This document shows, one piece after another, positions 30,141-40,733 of a stretch of 64,000 nucleotides of DNA. Position 1 is the first letter of the stretch; every line of letters starts with the position of its first letter. Both the position numbers and the translations under genes were made by a program. The notes below the pieces were generated by a model that was given only the letters and a program-made list of their open reading frames with translations, had not been told where the DNA came from and did no database searches. Origin of the DNA: Limisphaerales bacterium (GTDB lineage: Bacteria; Verrucomicrobiota; Verrucomicrobiia; Limisphaerales; JAJOIW01); contig CBFHOE010000006.1 in assembly GCA_965657355.1 (NCBI GenBank), positions 143,217 to 207,216 on the forward strand, in the 5' to 3' direction.

Positions 30141-30629
30141 ATGCGCTGTCCAAAATGCAGCTGTCAGGACGATAAAGTCATCGATTCACGATCCTCACGT
30201 GAAGGCTCCACCATACGCCGTCGGCGTGAATGTGTTGGCTGTGGTTTCCGCTTCACGACTTACGAAGAAATCCAAAGCGACAACATCATGGTTGTAAAAC
30301 GCGACGGGCGGCGTGAATCACTCAATAAGGAAAAACTTTTGGGTGGCATTGTGAAAGCCTGCGAAAAAAGGCCAGTAAGTCGGGCCGAGCTCGACGAACT
30401 TGTGGCAACCATTGTCCAAAGAATTATCCAGGAATTCGATAGAGAAATCCCTTACCAAAGAATTGGTGAACTCACCATGAATGGACTGCGGGTCCTCGAT
30501 AAAGTGGCATATGTGAGGTATGCCAGCATATATAGGGGATTCGAAGAAGCTGCCGATTTTGTCGAAGAAGTTGAAAAACTAGAATCTAGAAAAAATGATA
30601 CGGCCACACTCAGATTACCTGGTATTTGA
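30141..30629 (+). CDS. nrdR: Transcriptional repressor NrdR
   Basis: MRCPKC..DKVIDSR..RRRREC..RFTTYE; ATP-cone VAYVRYASIYR. Confidence 0.98.
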   Translation: MRCPKCSCQDDKVIDSRSSREGSTIRRRRECVGCGFRFTTYEEIQSDNIMVVKRDGRRESLNKEKLLGGIVKACEKRPVSRAELDELVATIVQRIIQEFDREIPYQRIGELTMNGLRVLDKVAYVRYASIYRGFEEAADFVEEVEKLESRKNDTATLRLPGI

Positions 30630-31206
30630 ATTGGATTCGGGTGAATCCATTCTTTGTTCTGTAGAAGCAATTGCTTTCGAGCTCGTCGAGGCGGTCGCAG
30701 GTCTCGCGGACCGAAACATCATCGAAAATGCGGCGCGTGCTGTTGTTCACTACTTTCGTGAAGAACTCCGCCGAGAGACGGTTAGTATTCATGAATTCAT
30801 TGATTCCCTCTCATTTGTTTTAAAAGAGTTTGGATATGAAGTGGAAATAAGAAATATCGAAAGCCAATATTCAGAAGAGCAGGGGGAATATTTGGGCGAA
30901 GTTGAAATAATGAAGGAAAGATCTCAGTCCAACTCTCTTGTTGAAATTTTAGAAAAACAGCGGAAAACAGGTGCATTAATGGAGCTAGGCTTCTTTAAAA
31001 AAATACGTGAGATTGTCGCTCATGAACTTCAGGGTAACCCTGACATCCTTCTTTTTACCGAATTAAGACCTTGTGTGCAGTCCATGCTGGCTTCTTCAAA
31101 GTGGACACGGCGTTGCGAACTATTTAGTCAGCAAATAATCTCCTACATCGAAGCGTGCCTTTGCCAAGACGGCAATGTAAGAAACATGCGGATGGTCATC
31201 CGTTGA
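30595..31206 (+). CDS. Hypothetical protein overlapping the nrdR 3' end
   Basis: 203-aa open frame co-oriented between nrdR and the HIT gene; no recognised motif. Confidence 0.65.
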   Translation: MIRPHSDYLVFELDSGESILCSVEAIAFELVEAVAGLADRNIIENAARAVVHYFREELRRETVSIHEFIDSLSFVLKEFGYEVEIRNIESQYSEEQGEYLGEVEIMKERSQSNSLVEILEKQRKTGALMELGFFKKIREIVAHELQGNPDILLFTELRPCVQSMLASSKWTRRCELFSQQIISYIEACLCQDGNVRNMRMVIR

Positions 31207-31220
31207 GTTAGACTTTTTGA

Positions 31221-31562
<342 letters not shown>

Positions 31563-31579
31563 TAAAATTAGGCTTTCGT

Positions 31580-31800
31580 TTCGGAGTGCTGCGGACGACC
31601 TCGCTTAAAGATTTATTCGTGAGTAAAACAGGCACATCCCGTGATACCTCAAAAAGAGTATGAACATGAGCGTATGTTAAAATAATGAGAGAGTTCAGAT
31701 CGCTGTCTTGGGCTGGCGTGTGAAACCCTTTTTTGGGTTTATTAAATAAAATGGATTGATCGTAATTGGAATCTGTAGATGGACACCTATCATTGCACAA
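31580..31800 (-). pseudogene. Degenerate IS200/IS605-TnpA or RAYT-like HUH transposase fragment
   Basis: ..QDSDLNSLIILTYAHVHTLFEVSRDVPV.. resembles Y1 transposase (..IIGGTxDHVHLLFxLSRT..); HVH at 31660-68; REP-like motifs next to it. Confidence 0.4.
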
Positions 31801-31960
31801 AAGAGGTGTGAAATTCTATGATCCGATTCCTAAAAATGAAAAATGTAAAACTTTTTTCAATAAGCTTCTAAAAAACACACCTGAAGGTTAAGCCGTGATG
31901 GTGGCTCGTGCCCCCGTTATGTAACGCACTTACAAGGCTAGTAATTAGCTCAAACAGCTT

Positions 31961-32145
31961 ACCCAGGGCTGATATATGAAACCCTTTCAGGGGCAATCAA
32001 CAGTAAGTAAAAAAATCATGAGTGGGCCGTATTTGACCACGTTGGACATTCCTAAGAGAAATTTTTAATGGTGGGTAAGGTTTTAAATATCACCACTTAA
32101 ATCAGAAATTATTTAAACAAACCAGCCGAGGGCAACGCCCGGGGT
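31961..32145. repeat. Degenerate REP-like palindromic units
   Basis: ACCCAGGGCTGATATATGAAACCCTTTCAGGGGC and AGCCGAGGGCAACGCCCGGGGT; CCCTGAAAGGG recurs at 41671. Confidence 0.5.
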
Positions 32146-32255
32146 AATGGCAAACCAACTGCCACCCTGTAATTGCCAATCAACATATGAATATAATTTA
32201 TTCGCATTAAAACCCCTTAAATCATTCTCATCAGGCAGTCGCTGGAGGAACCGAC

Positions 32256-32906
32256 TTACTTCTTTGTCTTCTTCGGTGACTTTCTATTTGGATAGCACGT
32301 TTTACATATTTCACAAACGGTACCGTTGCACCCTCTAGCCGTGCAATGTTCCCGACCATAAAAAATGATCTGAAGGTGTAATTTGTTCCATTTGTCTTCG
32401 GGAAAAATCTTTTTTAAATCTTTTTCTGTTTGTTCTACATTTTTTCCTGAGGTGAGGCCCCACCGTTGGGCGAGTCTATGAATGTGTGTATCTACCGGAA
32501 AAGCGGGAACGCCAAAAACTTGGCTCATGACGACAGAGGCTGTTTTGTGTCCTACCCCGGGTAATTTTTCTAGTTCCTCAAATGAGCACGGGACCTCTCC
32601 AGAAAACTTTTCGATTAAGATTAGCGAAAGATCAGATATAGCCTGTGCTTTTCTTGGCGCCAAGCCACAAGGTCTTATGATGTTCTCTATATCCGAAACC
32701 TTTTTCTGGGCCATTTTCTCTGGACTACTTGCAAAGGAAAAAAGATCTGGAGTAATTTTATTCACTCTGATGTCAGTGCATTGAGCCGAAAGCAGAACAG
32801 CTATCAGTAAGGTATAGGCATCTGCATGATCGAGAGGTATAGGTGTTTCCGGATAGAGCTCTTCCAGCCTTTCTTGAATAAATTTTGCTCTCTCTGATTT
32901 GAGCAT
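32256..32906 (-). CDS. nth: Endonuclease III
   Basis: LLSAQCTD, HhH LPGVGHKTA, VDTHIHR, C-terminal Cys cluster; start 32906 or 32933. Confidence 0.95.
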   Translation of the reverse strand: MLKSERAKFIQERLEELYPETPIPLDHADAYTLLIAVLLSAQCTDIRVNKITPDLFSFASSPEKMAQKKVSDIENIIRPCGLAPRKAQAISDLSLILIEKFSGEVPCSFEELEKLPGVGHKTASVVMSQVFGVPAFPVDTHIHRLAQRWGLTSGKNVEQTEKDLKKIFPEDKWNKLHLQIIFYGREHCTARGCNGTVCEICKTCYPNRKSPKKTKK

Positions 32907-32937
32907 TGAAATTGTGCCCCTCTTTAAATACAAACGC

Positions 32938-34542
32938 CTATTTTAATTCCACAGAATCTTTAGTTCTTACGTTGTCCACCAGCCTCCAAATATTTTTTGT
33001 ATTCTCATTCCTTAATTCAATAGGCAGCGAGGAGTCGGGGAAGCCTTGATAAGAGATGGGCCTGACGAATCGATCGATGGATGCTGTGCCCACAGATGTA
33101 AAAAAGCTGTGACTTGCTGCAGGATATGGACCACCGTGTTGCATAGATGCACAAACTTCAAGGCCAGTAGGAAAGCCATTGATAATGAGGCGCCCGGCTT
33201 TCCTTTCCAAAATAGTAATAAGATCTTGGAAATTTATTAAATCGTTTTCATTGGCGTGTAGTGTAACGGTAAGCTGCGCATCTAAGCTTTCGGCAAAGTC
33301 TTTTAGGCTTCCCTCGTTCTCGCCTGAGAGAAGGATTGTGGATGGCCCGAAATTTTCTTCAGCGAGTTGCGCCTCCTTGAGGTATGTTTCGATTGTTGCT
33401 TCAAAGACATGGCAGGACGCCTCTGTTTTAATCGAATCCGGTGCTTGCTCTGAATGACCAACGACTTTGACTTCATTTGTCGACTTAATCCTATCCAACC
33501 CATTGGCGTATGCTGTAGCTATTCCTTTATGCAGCATAGAAGCATTGGGGCAGGATTTTACCAATTCCGAAAGCTGCGAGGAAAATTGAGAGAGTACATC
33601 GGACTGGATACCTAGTGCAATTCCCGGGCTGGTACAGAATTGTCCAACCCCCATATTTACAGATTGTATGAGCCCTTCTGCTATTGCTTTCCCTCTTTCC
33701 GCCATGGCTCCGGGGAGGACAAATACAGGGTTTGTACTTCCCATCTCAGCATAAACTGGTATCGGTCTCTCTCTTTTAGCCGCTAGATCCATTAAAGCCC
33801 GCCCACCTCGCAGTGACCCGGTAAAGGCTACTGCTTCTGATGCTGGGTGATTGACCAGGGCGGCACCAACAGAGTTGGAAACTCCTTGAAGTAAGGAAAA
33901 AGACCCTTCAGGCATTCCAGATTTTTCTACGGCTCTTCTAATCGCTTCTGCCAATAATTCACAGGTTCCAGGGTGCGCCGGATGTGCCTTAACAACGACA
34001 GGGCACCCGGCGCCAATAGCACTCACTGTATCGCTACCGAAAACCGATATTGCCAGTGGAAAATTACTAGCGCCAAAAACGACAACCGGCCCAATGGGCT
34101 TTAGCATTCTTCTAACATCTGGCTTTGGAACAGGTTGTCGGTCTGGATTAGGTAAATCAATTCTCGCATCTACCCAGCTACCCTCACGAAGAATATTAGC
34201 AAACATCTTACACTGATTAACGGCCCTTCCTCTTTCCATAGTTAATCTGGGTAATGGTAATCCCGTTTCTCTTTGTGCACGCTCTAGCAAACCATCACCT
34301 AGTGCCATGACTTCATCCGCCATACAATCCAGGAATTGAGCCCTTTGATCCGCTGATTTATTCCTCAGCTCATCAAAAGCATCCTTTGCTCTGGACATGG
34401 CCTCATCTACTTCTGCTTCGGTAGCATCATAGAACTTTGGCTCGAGAGCATCCGAGTTTGATGGGTCAAAAGCGGTGAATCCAGACGATGATGTGGATGC
34501 CTTCCACGCTCCGGCGATAAGTTGGTTTCCTGTGATTTTCAT
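32938..34542 (-). CDS. NADP-dependent aldehyde dehydrogenase (2-oxoglutarate semialdehyde dehydrogenase type)
   Basis: FGASNFPLA, KAHPAHP, FTGSLRGG, AEMGSTNP, GQFCTSPG, HGGPYPA. Confidence 0.9.
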   Translation of the reverse strand: MKITGNQLIAGAWKASTSSSGFTAFDPSNSDALEPKFYDATEAEVDEAMSRAKDAFDELRNKSADQRAQFLDCMADEVMALGDGLLERAQRETGLPLPRLTMERGRAVNQCKMFANILREGSWVDARIDLPNPDRQPVPKPDVRRMLKPIGPVVVFGASNFPLAISVFGSDTVSAIGAGCPVVVKAHPAHPGTCELLAEAIRRAVEKSGMPEGSFSLLQGVSNSVGAALVNHPASEAVAFTGSLRGGRALMDLAAKRERPIPVYAEMGSTNPVFVLPGAMAERGKAIAEGLIQSVNMGVGQFCTSPGIALGIQSDVLSQFSSQLSELVKSCPNASMLHKGIATAYANGLDRIKSTNEVKVVGHSEQAPDSIKTEASCHVFEATIETYLKEAQLAEENFGPSTILLSGENEGSLKDFAESLDAQLTVTLHANENDLINFQDLITILERKAGRLIINGFPTGLEVCASMQHGGPYPAASHSFFTSVGTASIDRFVRPISYQGFPDSSLPIELRNENTKNIWRLVDNVRTKDSVELK

Positions 34543-34591
34543 TTGGGCGTTATACTATGGATTTTGATGGTAATTGTCATTGAAGACTTTG

Positions 34592-35230
34592 TTATTTTTG
34601 TTTTGTGAAGTCTTCTATTTCACTTCTTGAAATTGGGTTCCATTCAAATGAAGCATAATTCGTCTCTATACCCTGTTTATTAAAATAACATTCAAAATCT
34701 GTTTTTATCTTTTTCAGGTAATCAGGTGTTTCTATTGGGGTGAATTCAGGGTCCCCCATAAAAACAATTTTCATTTGTTCAAAATACGGAACATTGTCTG
34801 TTCTTACAAAAACACATCCCCCCGGTTCTAAAACCCGTGCTAACCAACGTGTCATTGATGGTCTGAATAATCTATTCCTAGAATGCTTTTTCTTAGGCCA
34901 CGGATCGGGAAAGTATATATGTATTTTTGAAATGCTTGACGGTGGAATTAAATACCTAAGCACATAACTGATCTCATGCCTCATGCCGCAGAGATTGGTA
35001 AGTTTGTTCTTTTTGGTAAAACGCTCAATTTTTTTGAGGCGCCCGAGAAGCCGTTCAATGGCAATAAAGTTTTTGCTGGTTTCTTGGGAGGCTATTTTTG
35101 TGATAAATGACCCGTCCCCAGCTCCAAGCTCAAGTTCGATGGGATGTATATCTGGAAAGATATCCTTAAAATCCAACGACCTTTGAATGTCTAGGGGATA
35201 AAGTAATGGTATGAAATTAAATGTTTTCAA
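34592..35230 (-). CDS. trmB: tRNA (guanine-N7)-methyltransferase
   Basis: ELELGAGDG, YFPDPWPKKKH, RTDN, TDFE. Confidence 0.93.
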   Translation of the reverse strand: MKTFNFIPLLYPLDIQRSLDFKDIFPDIHPIELELGAGDGSFITKIASQETSKNFIAIERLLGRLKKIERFTKKNKLTNLCGMRHEISYVLRYLIPPSSISKIHIYFPDPWPKKKHSRNRLFRPSMTRWLARVLEPGGCVFVRTDNVPYFEQMKIVFMGDPEFTPIETPDYLKKIKTDFECYFNKQGIETNYASFEWNPISRSEIEDFTKQK

Positions 35231-36092
35231 CGGTTCGTTTTCCTCTCACTTAAGCCAAAAATTTATATTCAAGAAGGACCTATTACCAATTTAAAAGACT
35301 CACCGCAGACGAAAACCTATCCCAGAAGTTTTCATCGCTAGAGAGCCAATTTCAGCAACTGAAAAATACCCTCATTGAAAAGCGGCCTAAAATATTTTTT
35401 GCAAACACGAAAATGTTTCTATGAATATGGAGGAATCCATTTTCCCGTCATATGCGATAAATCAATTTTATTTCTGCGAACTGAAATCCAACGAAACTCT
35501 CTCTCAAGCTCATGAGCATTGATTTTATTTTCCTGGGTCTACCTTCTTGGTCTCACTTTAGAAACCCAAAAGTGTGCGGTACTCCCCCCTTTATACTCAG
35601 AACTTGGGATTACCTAAGTCATAGTTCCGGTAAGAAAATGGTTTGCAGAGAACAATATGTTCCATCTCTTACCCATGCCTACGAGCCCGGCTTTTGCTGT
35701 CAAGAGAAGCAACTAAAGACGTTGAGCTCGGCTTTTTAAATTCTGTAACTTTAACCGAAATCATAATTGAAAGACCACGAAGCTTCGAAACACAGAAAAC
35801 TATTTATTTTTTGTGGGCCAAAGGTCTCAGTGGGAATTTTCAATATTTTGTCAATAAGCGTAATCCCTCTCAACAATCTCTGCTGGATTCAGATGGTTTA
35901 ATCAAAGAGGAATTGAGGCCGCTACTTTAAATGAGTTACAAGAAGGTAGAAGTGGTAATAGGATTTTTTACTTCTAAGATTAGAAGATGATGTGTTTGCA
36001 CGCTCTCTACGGCGTACAATGGATTAGAACTCTTTTCCCCTAAATCCAAGATACGCATGCGACCAGGACTTTCGAAGAAGTTCTGAGCCGCT

Positions 36093-36620
36093 TCAATAAT
36101 CTCTGTTTTCTTTCAGCGAAACAGGCTTGTCAAAAATGAGAGATGTAACGAAGCCTTGTCGGATTGAGCGAGGATTATTAAAGAAATCTTTCGTATTAGT
36201 TGCAAAAGATAGGCTTTCAGTTTTTTTCTTGGATTTTGTTTTTTCCCTTACCTCTTCCAGTTTTTTGATAGCTAATTGCTGCTTGCGTTTTGCTTCCTCG
36301 ATTTCCTTTTCTTTTTGACTGGCCAAAAGGGTGTCGTCTAAAACAATTGGCTTTTCGACCTCTTTTCTTTGCCTTTCTTCTTCAGATGAGCGCGGTGGTT
36401 CCCTGGTAGCGGATCTGTCTTGAACTCGTTCTTTAAGCTCTTTGAAGAGCCTCTCTTCATAACTCAAAGGAGGTGGCCCGACAGTTCTTGGGTCGTTAGG
36501 AGGTAAATCTAATTCAGATAACTCTTCCAGTTCATCACTATTTTTTTTGCCTTTCTTTTTAGCCAGTCCTGATAAAGCAGATATGACAGCAAAAATTAAT
36601 AAGGGAATTAAATCTTCCAT
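36093..36620 (-). CDS. Hypothetical membrane-anchored protein (YqfB-like partner of FloA)
   Basis: N-terminal TM, charged linker, C-terminal IRQGFVTSLIFDKPVSLK. Confidence 0.65.
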   Translation of the reverse strand: MEDLIPLLIFAVISALSGLAKKKGKKNSDELEELSELDLPPNDPRTVGPPPLSYEERLFKELKERVQDRSATREPPRSSEEERQRKEVEKPIVLDDTLLASQKEKEIEEAKRKQQLAIKKLEEVREKTKSKKKTESLSFATNTKDFFNNPRSIRQGFVTSLIFDKPVSLKENRDY

Positions 36621-36637
36621 GTGATGTGCTTTGTTAT

Positions 36638-36673
36638 AAAAAAGGGTCAGCTTCAGAATTTAAGCTGACCCCC
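36638..36673 (-). terminator. Intrinsic terminator after floA
   Basis: Minus strand GGGTCAGCTT-aaattctg-AAGCTGACCC-TTTTTT. Confidence 0.8.
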
Positions 36674-36681
36674 ATTTAAAT

Positions 36682-37698
36682 TTAATTATCCTCTGAATCT
36701 TTGGTTGAATCACCAATGCCTTCGCGCATGTTAGTGTCAGCCTCAACATTTTTATATTTAATGTAATCCATAACGCCAAGATTTCCGGATCTGAACGCTT
36801 CAGAGATCGCCTGCGGCACTTGTGCCTCTGCTTCAACAACCTTCGCTCTCATTTCTTGCGTCTTCGCCAACATTTCTTGTTCGGATGCAACAGCAGCAGC
36901 GCGCCTTACTTCAGCCTGAGCTTGAGCAATGAGTTTATTCGCCTCAGCTTGTTCGGCCTGCAGTTTCGCCCCAACGTTTGCGCCAACATCCAAATCAGCA
37001 ATGTCTATGGAGAGAATTTCGAATGCAGTATTTGCATCGAGGGCTGTGTCCAATACTTTTTTGGATATGCGGTCCGGATTCTCTAAAACCTCTTTATAAG
37101 TATCTGCGGAACCGATTGTGGAAACAATTCCTTCACCAACTCGTGCTACTACAGTTTCCTCGGTAGCACCACCGACAAAGCGATCGAGATTTGTTCTCAC
37201 GGTGACGCGTGCTTTTGCTTTTATCACGATTCCGTCTTTTGCGACGGCATCTATTGTGCGCTTCTCGCCCGACGCACCCGGACAATCAATAACACGCGGA
37301 TTAACCGACGTTTTAACAGCAATCAAAACCGTTTTATCCGTTCCTTTTGTTGCCAGATCAATGGCACAAGCACGATCAAATACCAGGTCAATTTGTGCCT
37401 TTTGTGCCGCAATCAATGCCAAAATAACCATCTCCACTGATCCCCCGGCCAAATGGTGCGTGGAAAGCTGGTCGATGGATACAACAATTCCCGATTTCGA
37501 GGCAGTGATTCGGTTATCAACAATATAGCCAACGGGGACTTTTCTTAGAAAAAGAGCCACAAGCTCTATTGGGCTTACATAGGCGCCAGAAACCCAGGCT
37601 CGAATGAATACATTCAAGAAGCTTAAACTCCACACGAAAACGGCGAGAACGATTAGTCCGCCTACGATATAGGCAAATATTATTGGGTCATCAAACAT
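36682..37698 (-). CDS. floA: Flotillin-like protein FloA (YqfA)
   Basis: [49 protein letters not shown]. Confidence 0.95.
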   Translation of the reverse strand: MFDDPIIFAYIVGGLIVLAVFVWSLSFLNVFIRAWVSGAYVSPIELVALFLRKVPVGYIVDNRITASKSGIVVSIDQLSTHHLAGGSVEMVILALIAAQKAQIDLVFDRACAIDLATKGTDKTVLIAVKTSVNPRVIDCPGASGEKRTIDAVAKDGIVIKAKARVTVRTNLDRFVGGATEETVVARVGEGIVSTIGSADTYKEVLENPDRISKKVLDTALDANTAFEILSIDIADLDVGANVGAKLQAEQAEANKLIAQAQAEVRRAAAVASEQEMLAKTQEMRAKVVEAEAQVPQAISEAFRSGNLGVMDYIKYKNVEADTNMREGIGDSTKDSEDN

Positions 37699-37851
37699 AT
37701 CAACGTATCTTTTACTTATTAAATGCTGTTATTTAAAAAACAATCTCTCCAAATGGTGAAATACTTTCAAGCAAGATCGATAGATCAATGTGTTTGATCT
37801 GTATGAATCTTGCCATTTTCTGTCTTACGCATTCGAATTTGTGTTCACTGC

Positions 37852-38313
37852 TTAATCCTGCGTCTTTCTTACAATAATCCTGTTACCTGAAACATCAACT
37901 ACTTCCACGGGAGTGTTGGGTTCGAGAAAGCCTTCTGCTGCAATGACATCATACTTTTTACTATTTATCCTAGCATATCCTGATGGTGACAGCCGACTCG
38001 ATGTCATTCCTTTCTCGCCAAGGATTTCATCCGGTTTTTCGCCAAGGCCTCCAACATGGGATTCCGAGACAAAAATTTTTCCAAATGGGGAGGTCGGAAA
38101 ATATTTTAGCCATAAGAAAAATCCTACCGAACCAAAAACCAGCAGACCTCCAAATGTGAGGTGCCCAGCTTCTACACCAATTTCAGAGTAACTATAGACA
38201 ACGGCCGCAATCCAACAGACCGTTCCAATGACCCCCAAAATCATTCCTGGAAGGATCGACTCCAAAATCAAGAGGACGGCTCCGCATAGTATTAAAGTGA
38301 TTATGACCGACAT
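37852..38313 (-). CDS. Short NfeD family protein
   Basis: Three TM helices plus OB-fold tail (LSPSGYARI..YDVIAAEGFL..VEVVDVSGNRIIVR). Confidence 0.9.
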   Translation of the reverse strand: MSVIITLILCGAVLLILESILPGMILGVIGTVCWIAAVVYSYSEIGVEAGHLTFGGLLVFGSVGFFLWLKYFPTSPFGKIFVSESHVGGLGEKPDEILGEKGMTSSRLSPSGYARINSKKYDVIAAEGFLEPNTPVEVVDVSGNRIIVRKTQD

Positions 38314-38374
38314 GATCTCAATGTTTTAATGTTAAATTTTTTCTAAAATAAGGATTTTTCTAAACCAAAAGTAT

Positions 38375-39145
38375 TTACATTCCCATGATTTGGTATCCAC
38401 AATCTACGTAAATAACCTGACCGGTTATGGCAGCAGCACCATCACTAGCTAGGAAAGTTCCGGTGGATCCCAACTCAGCGGGATCTACATTTCTTTTCAA
38501 AGGCGCATGCTCTTTATTGTGATCTAGCATCTTGGAAAACCCTCCGATACCTCTTGCCGCAAGGGTATTCATTGGTCCGGCAGAAATACAATTGACACGA
38601 ATTTTTTTGGGCCCCAAGTCGTATGCCAAATATCGAGTTGATGCCTCGAGAGATGCTTTCGCGACCCCCATAACATTGTAATTAGGAATAACCTTCTCTG
38701 CGCCATAATAGGACATTGCCACAACGCTACCTCCGTCAGTCATTAATGGAGCAGCTCTCTGGCACAGCGCGACTAAAGAATAGGCACTGACATCATGACT
38801 CGTCAAAAAAGCTTCTCTCGTCGTGCTGACAAAATCCCCCTCTAAGGATTCTTTAGGTGCAAACGCTACAGAATGAAGGAGTAGATCTAATTTTCCAAAT
38901 TTATCTCCAACACTCGCAAAAACATTATCAATCTCCTCGTCTTTTGTGACATCACAAGGGATCAATAAGGTGTCATCACCGAACGTTTGAACCAAATCTT
39001 CAACTTTTGATTTCAATCTTTCGCCTTGGTAAGTAAATGCGAGTTTTGCCCCTTCTTTGTGCCATGCTTCTGCGATGGCCCAGGCGATAGACCTCTTATT
39101 TGCTACCCCAAAAACGACGCCACATTTTCCATCTAAGATTCCCAT
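38375..39145 (-). CDS. fabI: Enoyl-ACP reductase
   Basis: GVANKRSIAW, HSVAFAP, YNVMGVAKASLE, ISAGP. Confidence 0.96.
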   Translation of the reverse strand: MGILDGKCGVVFGVANKRSIAWAIAEAWHKEGAKLAFTYQGERLKSKVEDLVQTFGDDTLLIPCDVTKDEEIDNVFASVGDKFGKLDLLLHSVAFAPKESLEGDFVSTTREAFLTSHDVSAYSLVALCQRAAPLMTDGGSVVAMSYYGAEKVIPNYNVMGVAKASLEASTRYLAYDLGPKKIRVNCISAGPMNTLAARGIGGFSKMLDHNKEHAPLKRNVDPAELGSTGTFLASDGAAAITGQVIYVDCGYQIMGM

Positions 39146-39206
39146 ACCCTATATATATAGCAGAATAAGTTAGGGACCCAACATCGATTTTTATCTCATT
39201 TGGCGT

Positions 39207-39243
39207 AAAAAGTCCGAAATGACCATTCAGCCATCCCGGACTT
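39207..39243 (-). terminator. Probable terminator of the 39284-40204 gene
   Basis: Minus strand AAGTCCGGGATGG..GGTCATTTCGGACTTTTT. Confidence 0.55.
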
Positions 39244-39283
39244 CGTTTACAACTCTAAACAACCTAACTTTTACGGAAAATTA

Positions 39284-40204
39284 TTATCTGCCTCTACCCT
39301 CTGGGCGTGGACTTCTTTTGTCCATGCGATCCGATGGGCGTCTTCGGTCGTTTCCTCTATCGTTTCCTCCTTTTAGTCTTTTGACCTCTGCCTTTAAAAT
39401 ACGTATTTCTTTCTCAAGTTGAGCCATTTTACGAAATATGCCTTTTACCATCTCGGGGGCTCTGTCAGCCGGGCCTTGATGTAAGCCTCGATTATTTCCA
39501 CGGCCACCAAATGAGCGGCCACTATTGATTCCTCGTTCTTTAGAAGAATCCCCACGCATCCTCCTGGCTCCAGGACCAAACCCTCTTCCTTGGAAGCCTC
39601 GTCCCATGGAGGGGCTTCGGTTTTCTCTACTGTTGTTTCGGTTCATTTCTTGGCCTCTTCCTTCGCGCCCCCTGTTTTGCATGAAATGGCGTGAGTTCAT
39701 TTGTTTATGGCTTCCACGTCCTGCGTGTTCTCTATCTTCAGGACCTTGACCCCTATTGCCATATCGGCCTGGTCCTCTGTTCGTTTTCTCTCCGCCCGAT
39801 GCTCTTTCTCTCATCATTTCTCTAATAAATGGAGGGGGACCCATTCTTCTTTCCCCATCATTTGTGCGCTCAGGGCGTCGCATTTGTCTTTCTCCATCTC
39901 GTGGTCCTCGTTCGCCCCTGTCTCCAGGTCCACGTTCTGGCCTATCCATTCTTTCGGGGTTCCCAGGTCGAAATTGCGTCTCATTGACTTCCTCAATATC
40001 GATTAATGGTTCGCCATTTATCTCAACTTCCTCATCAGCCATGTCTACATTGGAATCATCAACCTCATGTGAGCTGACATTTTTTTCTGTGGACAGTAAT
40101 TCTTTCGGCTGTGGGATTGGAACAATGTCACTATCGGCTTTGGTTATGTTAGCGGAGGACACAAGTCCAAGCGCCATTACTAAAATTAAAAGTTTCTTTT
40201 TCAT
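39284..40204 (-). CDS. Secreted low-complexity Arg/Gly/Pro-rich protein with a C-terminal coiled coil
   Basis: Signal peptide MKKKLLILVMALGLVSSA, acidic N-part, RG/RGP-rich middle, KMAQLEKEIRILKAEVKRLK. Confidence 0.75.
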   Translation of the reverse strand: MKKKLLILVMALGLVSSANITKADSDIVPIPQPKELLSTEKNVSSHEVDDSNVDMADEEVEINGEPLIDIEEVNETQFRPGNPERMDRPERGPGDRGERGPRDGERQMRRPERTNDGERRMGPPPFIREMMRERASGGEKTNRGPGRYGNRGQGPEDREHAGRGSHKQMNSRHFMQNRGREGRGQEMNRNNSRENRSPSMGRGFQGRGFGPGARRMRGDSSKERGINSGRSFGGRGNNRGLHQGPADRAPEMVKGIFRKMAQLEKEIRILKAEVKRLKGGNDRGNDRRRPSDRMDKRSPRPEGRGR

Positions 40205-40310
40205 ATCGTCTAATTTCTCTGCTTAAATCCCGTGTCATATTGGGATGTGGTTTACATATACAATAGAGTCCTACTTGCACAATTTGGTTACATATTCTGA
40301 TAAAATTAAT

Positions 40311-40658
40311 TCACCCGGTAAAATCGAGGACAAAGACATCTGACAAATTGTCTTTGACTAAATCGACAAACTTTAGATGTTCAGGATGAGTTAGATAAAA
40401 ATCGCGATCTTCTTGGGTTTTAAATGTGAGTATAAATCCATGAGAACAATTCTTGTTGAGCCCCTCAGGGCTATTGTTTTCTCCGTATCGAAAAGAATCT
40501 ATTTGTGAAATTTTATCTTTTAATGAGACGAATGCCTCCAAAATGAATTTTACTTTTTCTTCACTGCATGTTTGTGAGAAACCAAAACCTACAAAATGAA
40601 ACACCAATGGTTCTTTGTTATTTTCACCAATTTTCACTCTCAAATCTATAGACTTCAA
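40311..40658 (-). CDS. Dabb family (stress-responsive A/B barrel) protein
   Basis: GENNSPEGLNK..HGFILTF..RDFYLTHPEH..VFVLDF; start uncertain. Confidence 0.88.
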   Translation of the reverse strand: MKSIDLRVKIGENNKEPLVFHFVGFGFSQTCSEEKVKFILEAFVSLKDKISQIDSFRYGENNSPEGLNKNCSHGFILTFKTQEDRDFYLTHPEHLKFVDLVKDNLSDVFVLDFTG

Positions 40659-40733
40659 CTCACCGAATAGAAAAGAAGATTATTACCTGAATTATAAAAT
40701 TGATTTGGCAGCCGGTGATATTCAGGGGAAGAT

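Noticed and set aside
39146..39162. NrdR-box-like CCCTATATATATAGC upstream of fabI
   Set aside because: The core is two bases too long and has no partner box; probably a TA run.
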